From a virus, in IMG/VR virus record IMGVR_UViG_3300028840_003924, positions 72,133 to 136,132 of that record: 64,000 nucleotides of DNA, one strand, 5' to 3'. Both the position numbers and the translations under genes were made by a program. Of the stretch, positions 1-9,051 are shown piece by piece. Each line of letters starts with the position of its first letter. Position 1 is the first letter of the stretch. The notes below the pieces were generated by a model, which ran no database searches, was not told where the DNA came from, and worked only from the letters and a program-made list of their open reading frames with translations.

Positions 1-4
1 CATT

Positions 5-1255
5 TTGAAGATCGCTCAAAAGCGGGCCAAAGTTAGAGTCGTATCACCACAGCCAATGGATTTAGCAGACATTTCGTCGGCGGACCTCAAATCCTTGGAC
101 GCTACAAGCAAAGTCTTGGAGTTCTTGGGAGGCGAACCCGTTGAGAGCAAAACGGTACAAGTTCCTGTCGACAAATTGGTCGTCAAAACGGATAACCCAC
201 GAACCATTTGTCTGTGTGCCGACGACAAGCCCGCAACGGAAGCGGAAATCAAAAATCTTCTGCTCAATCACGATGTTGCAAACCTTATACTACAACTGGC
301 CCACAATGGTGGACTTCCCGAACCGATTGTCGGTGTTGCCGAGAAGAAAGGCAAAGTCTCTGTTCTGGACGGTAACCGGCGAGCAGTTGCCTCCAAAGTC
401 CTTCTTGGTCAAATTCCCATCCCAAATGAGTGGCCAAAAGGGATTCGAGAAGAAATTGAGGAAGCAAAAAAGAATGGCTTTCCTCCGAAGGTTCCGGTGA
501 AGGTTTTCACAAAAATTACCCGATTTCAACAACAAGCCTTCTTGGCAATCAAGCATTGTTCGGGTGACCGCAAGTGGCCATCTATCGCAAAGGGGGGATT
601 TGCTTACAACATCCTTTGCGAGAGGAGCAAGATGAAGCTCACTTGTAACAAGATCGCCGATCTACGCACAATCTGGTCGGAACTTAAGAAAACAAGCCAA
701 GAACAGCTAAAAGCCATTGCTTTGATCTGCGGTACACAAGTCAGTTGCTTGCGGAACTATATCATGGCCTATGTCGCCAATAGCCTGTACTGTGGAATGT
801 TCAAGGTGGACGACCAACGGGAGCGATTCACCTATTTCGCCAAATTCTACGGCTGGAAATGGGCCCGAGATATGGCCGAGGGTAAGCAACCCACTATGCG
901 AGACAACGGAGAAACCGTGGACATCCTCGCACCCGACCCAGAAATCGAAGCGAAATTCATGGATTGGATCGCTCGAAAGATTATCACGGATTGCTGCCAA
1001 GTCGACATTCTGGATACAATTCTCGGCGACGAGCGACTGGTGAAGGAGATGGAAGAAAACGGCATGGCCAAAGCTTGGGACCTCTACAAACGTGTTCGGG
1101 AACCAGCCGTCATCTATGATGATGCCATTGCGTGTATTGAAAATCTCACACCAACAGCTATCAAGGCAAAGGACGCAAAGGATATGCGTACCAGCCTGAA
1201 ATTGCTCAAAGAAACGATCAGAGCTTTTGAGAAAAAGCTTGGGAAGCCACTTTAA
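5..1255 (+). CDS. ParB/Srx-like N-terminal domain protein (start uncertain at window edge)
   Basis: 416-aa ORF with NPR and VLDGNRR motifs typical of the ParB/sulfiredoxin fold. Confidence 0.65.
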   Translation: MKIAQKRAKVRVVSPQPMDLADISSADLKSLDATSKVLEFLGGEPVESKTVQVPVDKLVVKTDNPRTICLCADDKPATEAEIKNLLLNHDVANLILQLAHNGGLPEPIVGVAEKKGKVSVLDGNRRAVASKVLLGQIPIPNEWPKGIREEIEEAKKNGFPPKVPVKVFTKITRFQQQAFLAIKHCSGDRKWPSIAKGGFAYNILCERSKMKLTCNKIADLRTIWSELKKTSQEQLKAIALICGTQVSCLRNYIMAYVANSLYCGMFKVDDQRERFTYFAKFYGWKWARDMAEGKQPTMRDNGETVDILAPDPEIEAKFMDWIARKIITDCCQVDILDTILGDERLVKEMEENGMAKAWDLYKRVREPAVIYDDAIACIENLTPTAIKAKDAKDMRTSLKLLKETIRAFEKKLGKPL

Positions 1256-1314
1256 CCTACGAGAGGGGCTACTCAATACCCCCTCAGAACCCCTGAGAGC
1301 CACTGTAGCGCAAA

Positions 1315-1354
1315 ACAACCGCCCACAGGACTCTTGAGTCCTGTGGGCGGTTGT
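1315..1354. terminator. Long inverted repeat between convergent genes, probable bidirectional terminator
   Basis: ACAACCGCCCACAGGACT-CTTG-AGTCCTGTGGGCGGTTGT, 18-bp perfect stem. Confidence 0.65.
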
Positions 1355-1379
1355 GGCTCTATACGGGCCTCTCAGGGTC

Positions 1380-1910
1380 TCACATGACCTTTACTCCATG
1401 AATGGCTTTGAACTTATAACCTCTCTCCACAGCTTCATAAGCCCACTTGAGTTTGACCTTCTCTAGGTCTTCGCTCACCTCGTCCATCTTACCGATTTCC
1501 TTGATCGCTTTCTTGTGCAGCAGGATGCCGTTCATCGAGCCTTCATAAAACGTCACCCTACCGTCTACGATGGGGAAGAGGATGTCCTTTTCGTTATCCA
1601 CAAAGACCACATATCGGCGGTAGAACAGCGGGCGTATGAAGGAACCGGCGAAGATGACAAAATTCCAATCACATCCGGTCTTTTCCAATCCTTTATTGAT
1701 GAGGGAGGTGTAGGTGCTGCCACCCCGGATGGTCTTGCAGACCTCTTTCATCTCATCGAGTTCTGCCTTCTTCGTCTCTTTGGGAACGACGCATAAGCAA
1801 GGAACGTCGTGGTACTTGCCAATAGACCTAATGGTGCCACGAAGACCATTGATATTTCGCTCCGGACAGAGGATTACGAACCCAAAGTCCAGCTTCTTGA
1901 CTTCATACAT
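1380..1910 (-). CDS. Glycosyltransferase-A-fold-like protein
   Basis: Start moved to ATG 1910 (MYEVKK); GFVILCPE, TIRSI, SLINKGLEK and CDWNFVI resemble GT2 motifs, DxD not evident. Confidence 0.45.
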   Translation of the reverse strand: MYEVKKLDFGFVILCPERNINGLRGTIRSIGKYHDVPCLCVVPKETKKAELDEMKEVCKTIRGGSTYTSLINKGLEKTGCDWNFVIFAGSFIRPLFYRRYVVFVDNEKDILFPIVDGRVTFYEGSMNGILLHKKAIKEIGKMDEVSEDLEKVKLKWAYEAVERGYKFKAIHGVKVM

Positions 1911-1935
1911 ATCTTTACTCGTTCTAAGCGGGTGC

Positions 1936-2682
1936 TTAGGTTGTTGGTCGGTCGAAATCGATTCTGAGAGTGTCACTGGACGCTTTCGCCTTATTGAGTG
2001 TGAAAACACCAGTGTCCGGATCGGTTTCTGTGTAGTAAAACCCAGCAATCATAGTTGGGCCTTTGGTTAGTCTTAGGCCACCCATGTACACCCTTAGGCT
2101 ACCTGCTGTGTACGGTGTATTAGAGGATGATGTCTTGAAAATCATATCCCCCGACACATGCACGGGCGTAACATCGTAGCTTTTTACGGTTATCAGGGAT
2201 TTCGAGAAGGTCGTATCAGCTTGAACCTCCCCAGTTCCTAGTTCTACCCGCCATGCCACCGTGTCTGAATCAACAAGACTGACGGTATTTGCAAAATCGG
2301 GCCATGTCAGGGTGGCCGAAACGGTTGCGATTTCCACTGACAGGTTCGTAGCGGCGCTGTCTACAAGGCTGAGCTTAGATCGCTCGGCATCTGTCATTCT
2401 AATGTAGCCACCCTCGTCCAAATGCTCCGCAATACTGTGGAGCGCCTCATCGACGGCGATGGTCTTTAATGATCCATTTGCCTCCAAAGACTGGTTCAGT
2501 CTATTCGACAGGCTCCCCGCCGTCCCAACGGATTCCTCAATATCGTTCTGGTTGATGTCTACTTGGGCATTAACCAGGAACATCTGCGTATTGATCCCCT
2601 CAATAGGCAGATTGTCATAGTAGTAATGATAGGGTTGCAACGCCTCGTAGCGTGGAATTGGCACAGAGTCCAGATTTGGCAT
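1936..2682 (-). CDS. Putative virion/tail structural protein
   Basis: 248 aa; GSLRVYMGGLRL...YYTETDP..GVFTL beta-rich C-terminus; AAGGAG RBS; downstream of baseplate operon. Confidence 0.55.
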   Translation of the reverse strand: MPNLDSVPIPRYEALQPYHYYYDNLPIEGINTQMFLVNAQVDINQNDIEESVGTAGSLSNRLNQSLEANGSLKTIAVDEALHSIAEHLDEGGYIRMTDAERSKLSLVDSAATNLSVEIATVSATLTWPDFANTVSLVDSDTVAWRVELGTGEVQADTTFSKSLITVKSYDVTPVHVSGDMIFKTSSSNTPYTAGSLRVYMGGLRLTKGPTMIAGFYYTETDPDTGVFTLNKAKASSDTLRIDFDRPTT

Positions 2683-2704
2683 TGTCTACTCCTTGTATCG
2701 GCTT

Positions 2705-3076
2705 CTAGCCCTTCAATCTTGAGTTTTTCTTCTTAAAGAAGTCGTCTTCTTCACCGAAAGCGATGTTTGGAGCAAACTGACGGCGTGTAGACGGGATCGT
2801 CATTCGCTTGAAAAGGGCCACGTCGGCTGTGGTTGTCCCCACTTCATTGACCATATCTGGGTCTCGCTCTTTGAGCCATTCTTCAAAATGTGTATGTTCC
2901 TTTTTCACTGGTAACCCCTTCTCTTTTGTCTTGGCGAATTTCCTGAGGTCTTTCTTCCCCATGCTTTGGTACATCTCTTTGGCCGAACCCCTCAGTTCAG
3001 AGGGATCAAACTCGCCTTTCTTGGCAGCATATGCCATACCTGCTGCTTTTCGTTGTTTCTTTGATACTGCTGGCAT
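2705..3076 (-). CDS. DUF3008-family protein with C-terminal extension
   Basis: MPAVSKKQRKAAGMAYAAKKGE...LRGSAKEMYQSM...FAKTKEKGLP matches the recalled DUF3008 pattern. Confidence 0.7.
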   Translation of the reverse strand: MPAVSKKQRKAAGMAYAAKKGEFDPSELRGSAKEMYQSMGKKDLRKFAKTKEKGLPVKKEHTHFEEWLKERDPDMVNEVGTTTADVALFKRMTIPSTRRQFAPNIAFGEEDDFFKKKNSRLKG

Positions 3077-3077
3077 G

Positions 3078-3179
3078 TTAGATAATCTTCTTTGGGTTAA
3101 TAATCTTCTGCTTACTCTCTTTAAGTTTCTTTTGAGCGACTTGTTTCAGCTTATTCAGTTCTGCGTTGATATTCGCCAT
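3078..3179 (-). CDS. Small basic protein (33 aa; not in ORF track)
   Basis: MANINAELNKLKQVAQKKLKESKQKIINPKKII*, fills the gap between two genes; ATATATA motif upstream. Confidence 0.5.
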   Translation of the reverse strand: MANINAELNKLKQVAQKKLKESKQKIINPKKII

Positions 3180-3197
3180 ATCGTATATATCCTATGA

Positions 3198-3812
3198 TTA
3201 GAGAAACGTCACTCGCCAGTTGATGGTCAGTTGCATGGATGCCGTCTTGTTCAAGTCTGGGAAGGTTACCATGCTGTAGAGGTCACCACTCTTCATCACC
3301 AATGCCATTTCGTTGATTGGATGGCCAACCGCTTCATCAAAACCTACAACCGAAGTGAGGATAGCTGTCGTCGGCCCGGAAGGATCAATGGAAGAGATAA
3401 CGTTCTTCGTGAGGAGCGTCGTCCCAAACAAACCATTTCTCGTTTCCTCAACGAACTTAGCCGTACCGCCCGTAGCACCACCAGAACCAAAGATCATCGA
3501 TTCTATGTAGAAGTCGTAAGGATCAGCTACCTCATTGGCCAGACTACTTGCTAACGCTATCTTTCCGTTGCGCAGGATCGTGTTCGGCGTCTTGTGGACC
3601 TCTGTCGAGCCATCCGTGTACTCCACGATGACCTCTACGTCGCCACGACCCTTTACCTTGGTGCTCGGACTCGTTATATTGCTCACCTTCTCTTGGACCA
3701 TGTTGCGTAGCGTCTGCTTTGCGTCATCTCGTTCCAAAACTAGGCTCAATTCTTCGTCCGAAATGTCCTCAGGAGTGAGCATCTCTCTCCATGTCTCAAA
3801 ATTGCTATGCAT
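3198..3812 (-). CDS. Baseplate/tail-collar-like structural protein
   Basis: NTILRNGKIALA...FGSGG...INEMAL..LYSMVTFPDLNKT..LTINWRVTF pattern of baseplate-associated proteins. Confidence 0.6.
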   Translation of the reverse strand: MHSNFETWREMLTPEDISDEELSLVLERDDAKQTLRNMVQEKVSNITSPSTKVKGRGDVEVIVEYTDGSTEVHKTPNTILRNGKIALASSLANEVADPYDFYIESMIFGSGGATGGTAKFVEETRNGLFGTTLLTKNVISSIDPSGPTTAILTSVVGFDEAVGHPINEMALVMKSGDLYSMVTFPDLNKTASMQLTINWRVTFL

Positions 3813-3813
3813 G

Positions 3814-6741
3814 CTAATCTTTCCAATCTATCTCTATAGTTACACCTTCGCCTTGCGATTGTATGTCCATATTTCCCTCATCTGAATTGAGTAAGTTCGC
3901 AAGCATTGACATCGGTGTCATCGTTTCAATTTCAATATCCACTACGTCATTGTTCCGCCTGTCGACAAATGAAAGCGTATCACCGTGGATAGTTACAGGC
4001 ACTTTCGTGAACTGGTGAATCTCAAAACTTACAGCAGTTCCACTGAGACCCCACATTTTCTTCGGAGTTGAAAGCGTAATCGTAGTACCGTCGATCTCCA
4101 GAATCTCGTGATACTTGCCACCAATCAAAACTAGGAAATTCTCCTTGAACTGACTGTTCTCAAGAAGTGGCCCCAACCAGTTAGCACCATTGGATATGGA
4201 TAGGCCAGTTTCGTAGTTGGTCGGACTGGTATCTAACGTCAGTCCACGCACGTCTAGGTAACCTACAGCCTCGTCGATCAGCCGCCTGAAGACCTCTGCG
4301 CTCGTCACGCCCATTGATCCGAAAGTCCAACCGGTAATCAGGAAGTTCTCGTCGTCAATGAACTCACGAATCTCGTATTGGACGCCACCAATGCGAATAT
4401 AGTCTCCAACGTTCACTTGGTATTTCGTTCTGAAGTCCGTACCACCATCAATCCGGCCTCGTCGACCTACCGCTATGCGACCAGTTGTGCTGGGGTCGCC
4501 AACAGATACATCCAAATCTGTCTTCAACTGGTAAGTGATGTTCGACCTATCCTTCAAGTCGCCCCAACTAGCCAGAATCAAAGAATCGTTAGGCAACGTC
4601 TCGTCAATAAGATAAGTGCCCGCCACCACCGAAGGTGCCGTAACCTCAATCTTCCAGCCAGGAGCCACGTTGTTGTGACGGAAATCTACGTCCTCGTCAG
4701 TGAAGGTGAAAAGATTGTCCTCAGTGATGCTCGTCACCGTCCCATCAAAAAGCTCATTCGATAACCTGAAAGGGAACGCAGCAGTATTGAGAGGCCAACC
4801 AATCGTGTCGGGAACACCCTGCACAATGTCCACAATCATATTTTGAGGATTCGTCACCTTGTACTCGCCCCCATCTGGACCCGATAGGATTTCCAAAAGA
4901 TTGTCCGTTGTATCCAAACCAGAAACGGTGACATCAAACGTCACGCCAGGGGAGTAAAGTACAATAGCGTCATTCAAGCCACTACCGCTGCCTGTGGCAG
5001 CGGTAGTGGCGGTGGCGGTGGCGTTGCGGCGTACTGCGACTGAATCTTCGAGTCCATGCTTGATAACCCTTGTAAAGATGTCCTGACCGTTGGTCAGAAC
5101 ATCTTCTGGTGTTAGTTGCATGAGTATTTCCACTTCTTCTTGTTGCGGGGTTACATTCTCATTAACTCCTGCTTGATAGGTGAGCGAGTTCACGAACATG
5201 TGGAAGGGTTTGTATTCTTCGATTACATTCTCAATTTCCTCAACACGGGCATCTGTGATATTTTCGATTTCTACATCGATATTCACCATGCTACTGATAC
5301 AACAAGAACATTCATCTAAGAAAGCCTTATCCATATCACAAGGATCGGTCGAATCCCTTAATGAACCGTTATATTCCTCCATATTATAGATGTTTTCGCT
5401 GAATGGAAACTCGGTACGGACACGTCCCCAAACGACGAGAGGTTGTGTTGGGTGACGTGTGGGGCAAATCACATCGAACATCGTATCCGTCTCTTCGATC
5501 AATCTTACATTCCAGTTCTTTGGAGGGTAAGTTACATCGGCTTCATCTCGCTGATCCGCCAGTGGAAGCGAGCGGATATATGCTTCTATAGTGGGATCGA
5601 TGATGGGCCCAATCTTATAGACGATTCGCACGATATCACCATCCACCAATGCAATAGGTGTAGGTGCCGTCTCACCTGTCCAGGTTAAGACGTAAACGGC
5701 ATCGTCTGCATCGTAGGTGATTTCGCCATAGTCACTGGCCGTTAATGTCGTGTAAGTAGATGAGCCATTAGGTCGGAGGTAAAGCTCAAAATCAGAGGTA
5801 TCGTAAACACTCTTTGCTAGTTCAAATTCGGTTTGATCATCAGTGACGGTGAAGGCTTCCTGCCATGTAGCCGACGAGGTAACTTGCCAGAATTGGGTAA
5901 GATTATTCAATGTGGCCGCTGATTGGGCTAACGCTTCCCTCAACCCCGCCAAGGTACCTTTTCTTTTGAAGAGCGGAATTGCTCGTTTGATTTGCCGCCG
6001 CCATAGTGTGACATCATCGGATCGCAAGCTCAGATTGAATAGGTTCGACAGATACAATATCATTCGCTCGTGAATGGCGTTTGCGTCCTGTAAGTCGACC
6101 ATTTGATTTGCAAGGTCTTCGAGAACAACAAAACCATTAGCCAGTGCTGTGTTGAATCTATCCAGAATATCCGGCGTGAGGTCACCAGGAGCTATCTTTA
6201 GTTTCAAGTATTCCGGAAGATACCGTTCAAGCAGAGTGGGATACTTATCGGGATCGGTGATATGAGTGGGAACTGCCGTATTCGAGGCTGTGTCTGACGC
6301 CAACTCAAACGTGACGGACTGTCGCATCAAGTCCCCGGCGATAATTGGCGTCCACGACCAACAGAGGATATAGTCACCCTCTCTTGCAAACTCCGGTACC
6401 CAGGTAATCTCGAAAGTACCTGTTGAAACCTTCGTAGCTATCGCCATATCCGTATCGGTGGATAGCCAAGCGGGGTCAATATCCGTTCCAAATGTCTTTG
6501 CGACAGTCGCTTGGTTGAAGTAACTTGACAGAACCAAGTCGTCGCCCTCATCAACCTCAATGGTCTTGTCGAGTCGAAGTGTCTTATCTGTAGTGAACTC
6601 TCTTGCGAGGAAATAGACGGTAACCTGATCTAACTTGTATGGATCAATCAGATTTCCATCAGCATCTGTTGTCGTAACTTCCAACAGAATTGTGTCACTG
6701 GTTTTCGGCGATTCGTCTATTCTTACTGGTTCTGTTGGCAT
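3814..6741 (-). CDS. Baseplate wedge protein with P2 gpI/T4 gp7-like domain
   Basis: LYLSNLFNL...WRRQIKRAIPLFKRKGTLAGL and IEEYKPFH motifs; follows gp6-like gene. Confidence 0.75.
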   Translation of the reverse strand: MPTEPVRIDESPKTSDTILLEVTTTDADGNLIDPYKLDQVTVYFLAREFTTDKTLRLDKTIEVDEGDDLVLSSYFNQATVAKTFGTDIDPAWLSTDTDMAIATKVSTGTFEITWVPEFAREGDYILCWSWTPIIAGDLMRQSVTFELASDTASNTAVPTHITDPDKYPTLLERYLPEYLKLKIAPGDLTPDILDRFNTALANGFVVLEDLANQMVDLQDANAIHERMILYLSNLFNLSLRSDDVTLWRRQIKRAIPLFKRKGTLAGLREALAQSAATLNNLTQFWQVTSSATWQEAFTVTDDQTEFELAKSVYDTSDFELYLRPNGSSTYTTLTASDYGEITYDADDAVYVLTWTGETAPTPIALVDGDIVRIVYKIGPIIDPTIEAYIRSLPLADQRDEADVTYPPKNWNVRLIEETDTMFDVICPTRHPTQPLVVWGRVRTEFPFSENIYNMEEYNGSLRDSTDPCDMDKAFLDECSCCISSMVNIDVEIENITDARVEEIENVIEEYKPFHMFVNSLTYQAGVNENVTPQQEEVEILMQLTPEDVLTNGQDIFTRVIKHGLEDSVAVRRNATATATTAATGSGSGLNDAIVLYSPGVTFDVTVSGLDTTDNLLEILSGPDGGEYKVTNPQNMIVDIVQGVPDTIGWPLNTAAFPFRLSNELFDGTVTSITEDNLFTFTDEDVDFRHNNVAPGWKIEVTAPSVVAGTYLIDETLPNDSLILASWGDLKDRSNITYQLKTDLDVSVGDPSTTGRIAVGRRGRIDGGTDFRTKYQVNVGDYIRIGGVQYEIREFIDDENFLITGWTFGSMGVTSAEVFRRLIDEAVGYLDVRGLTLDTSPTNYETGLSISNGANWLGPLLENSQFKENFLVLIGGKYHEILEIDGTTITLSTPKKMWGLSGTAVSFEIHQFTKVPVTIHGDTLSFVDRRNNDVVDIEIETMTPMSMLANLLNSDEGNMDIQSQGEGVTIEIDWKD

Positions 6742-6743
6742 GA

Positions 6744-8297
6744 CTATTCATACGAAAAGGTGATTGTTATGTTGTCGGGCCGAATAATTTCGTAGTACTG
6801 GGCCGTTACGATGGAACCAGAATTGTCCGGATCGGCAGTTACGAATGTGATATCACTTCGTTTGATTTCCGAGATGTCCGACAAAGCCTTCACAATATCA
6901 GCATCCTTAAGGTCATCACCGTAATCCCAACGATTCAAATCGAAGAACGCAGCAGTGCGTGTCTCTGCCCTTACCTGTACTTCCTCTTGGAACTTCTTGA
7001 AGAACTTGTCCATCGTCAATTCGGCAATTACGTCAACCTCAATCACTTCGCCGTCCTTAATACAAACGTGATCCGTGATCATCTTCTTCTCATCCAACTC
7101 TTCGGAAAGGGCAACCTTTAATCCATCGCTGGCCTGTTCTAAGCCACCTTCGTCATTTCTGGCGAGCACGAAGAGGTCGATAACGTTCCCCGAACATCCA
7201 TGGTTTCTCAAGACCGCTGTCGACTTTCCAATTTGACCTTGGTAAGATGTCACAAACTGGTCTGCCAGCGTCTTGTAATCGTCGCCCGTGACCGCCCGAT
7301 CCTGTGTCCTTAGGTATGGCGGAAGCTTCAGGCGGATGTCGGTAATCGTGTCACCGTTGTAACCGCCCGTAGCTCGTGTGTAGTTTGTTATTTCCACGGG
7401 TACGGAAATGGCGAAGCCTGTCACTTCAAACGGAAGACTCTGGAGAACCGCATTCGTCACAATGTTTCCAATGACACCACCACCTTGACGATACGTAACC
7501 TCAATAGATGAGCCGCTCGGCGGAATCGCCCCTGCCCGGTTATTGCCGAAGATGATGAATGCCTGCCATGTGGAATCAAACTCAACACGATACTCTCGCC
7601 TGGGCTCCGAGTCTGTGAAGTACTCCACCTGTTCCCATCGCACCCCGTCTACATCTACACGAACACTATCGTACAAGACAGGAATTTCAGTGAGTGTATA
7701 ACTCTGATTTTGCGACCCGTCGCTCGTAAAGGTGATAACCCTCGTGTTACCCTCCACGCCAACAATAGACGTGTTAGAGAAGTTACCCGCAGGAATGATG
7801 ATATCCTCATCGAAGATCGGTTCGTTGTCCTCGTCGGCGGGGAACAACTCAAATGTCATTGGTGTATCATTCGCTACAACATTGATGGACACCGGCGTCG
7901 GCATAATCAGGTCCGTGTCAAGTAGACTTCCAAGGGTCGCAGAGAAGTTCGCCTTTGCCGCTATCGGTGGTGTGGGGGTGAAGCCAACCAACTTTGATAA
8001 ACGAAAGGCATTCTCGATCTCCCCAACAGTGTCGATGAAAATCTCATTGGCAATCTGGTCCATCTTGTAGGACAGCATGTCAGCGATAAACGCCCAGTTC
8101 TCGATCAACAAAATCGCTAAAGATGACTCGACGAAATCATTGAAATCATCCGGAAAACTCTCTTCGATGAATTGAATCAAACGAGTTTTCATAGACCAGA
8201 AGTCTTGATTCGTGTAGTTCAAATTGAATTGCGCAGGCGTCCGAATGTCTTGTGACTCCGAAATAGGCACCGACTCTAAGTTGCAGTTTATTGTCAT
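6744..8297 (-). CDS. Baseplate wedge subunit (T4 gp6/baseplate J-like)
   Basis: NYTNQDFWSMK, DFNDFVESS, FGNNRAGAIP, YRQGGGVIGN, QDRAVTGDDY motifs. Confidence 0.9.
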   Translation of the reverse strand: MTINCNLESVPISESQDIRTPAQFNLNYTNQDFWSMKTRLIQFIEESFPDDFNDFVESSLAILLIENWAFIADMLSYKMDQIANEIFIDTVGEIENAFRLSKLVGFTPTPPIAAKANFSATLGSLLDTDLIMPTPVSINVVANDTPMTFELFPADEDNEPIFDEDIIIPAGNFSNTSIVGVEGNTRVITFTSDGSQNQSYTLTEIPVLYDSVRVDVDGVRWEQVEYFTDSEPRREYRVEFDSTWQAFIIFGNNRAGAIPPSGSSIEVTYRQGGGVIGNIVTNAVLQSLPFEVTGFAISVPVEITNYTRATGGYNGDTITDIRLKLPPYLRTQDRAVTGDDYKTLADQFVTSYQGQIGKSTAVLRNHGCSGNVIDLFVLARNDEGGLEQASDGLKVALSEELDEKKMITDHVCIKDGEVIEVDVIAELTMDKFFKKFQEEVQVRAETRTAAFFDLNRWDYGDDLKDADIVKALSDISEIKRSDITFVTADPDNSGSIVTAQYYEIIRPDNITITFSYE

Positions 8298-8298
8298 T

Positions 8299-8613
8299 CT
8301 AATCTCCGAACTTCTTCACGAACTCTTCATACGTCATGCTTTCGAGAAATTGGTAAACCAGCACGTCGTCATCGTGATCGTAACTTGATGCTTCACCTTC
8401 GAGGACATAAACACCTATGCGACTATGCCTCGCCGGTCGTTGCTTAAAGATATGACTTCCCAAAGGTCTCTTCCGAGGTAGTTTTCCGACCTCCAAATAA
8501 GACATTCTAGGAGGAATATCCGTATTCAGCGTTACGACACAACTCTCTAAACCATCTGCCGGGCCACCGATGTATTTGGCTTCAAACTCGTAACCAAACC
8601 CTTCAAACTCCAT
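8299..8613 (-). CDS. Hypothetical protein
   Basis: 104-aa ORF tightly packed in operon; YIGGPADG motif. Confidence 0.6.
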   Translation of the reverse strand: MEFEGFGYEFEAKYIGGPADGLESCVVTLNTDIPPRMSYLEVGKLPRKRPLGSHIFKQRPARHSRIGVYVLEGEASSYDHDDDVLVYQFLESMTYEEFVKKFGD

Positions 8614-8617
8614 GTAA

Positions 8618-9037
8618 TTATCCCCCTGCTAATGGAACTTCTAAGAGAAGCTCCTTAATTTCCTTTATGTTCTCCGGGTCGAGGAAGGAAATGCGTATCA
8701 ACAATATCGATTCCCGCTGCGTGAGGTCGTCGGCGACATCGAGGTCATCTTCATTAGGGGTTAGCTGAATTTGAATGTCCTGAATCACCACCCTCGGCTC
8801 CCAAGCAGTCAGTTGCTGTGCTATTCTGGTTCTCACCGACTCAACGGTGAAACTATCGGCAGGCTCAAAAAGGAAATCATTGAGACCCGTGCCGAATCCC
8901 GGCAACATCACCCTCTCACCCGGATGTGTTAGTAATAGAGCAAGCATATCGGACTTTATCTGGGCCGTTCCTTGCTGAACATGGAAATAACCTCGTGCGT
9001 GAGGTTGAATCGGATAAGGCATACCAGCAAATCTCAT
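8618..9037 (-). CDS. Baseplate protein gp25/GPW family
   Basis: LLLTHPGERVMLPGFGTGL..FLFEP...WEPRV signature. Confidence 0.92.
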   Translation of the reverse strand: MRFAGMPYPIQPHARGYFHVQQGTAQIKSDMLALLLTHPGERVMLPGFGTGLNDFLFEPADSFTVESVRTRIAQQLTAWEPRVVIQDIQIQLTPNEDDLDVADDLTQRESILLIRISFLDPENIKEIKELLLEVPLAGG

Positions 9038-9051
9038 TTTGTCTCATTCTC

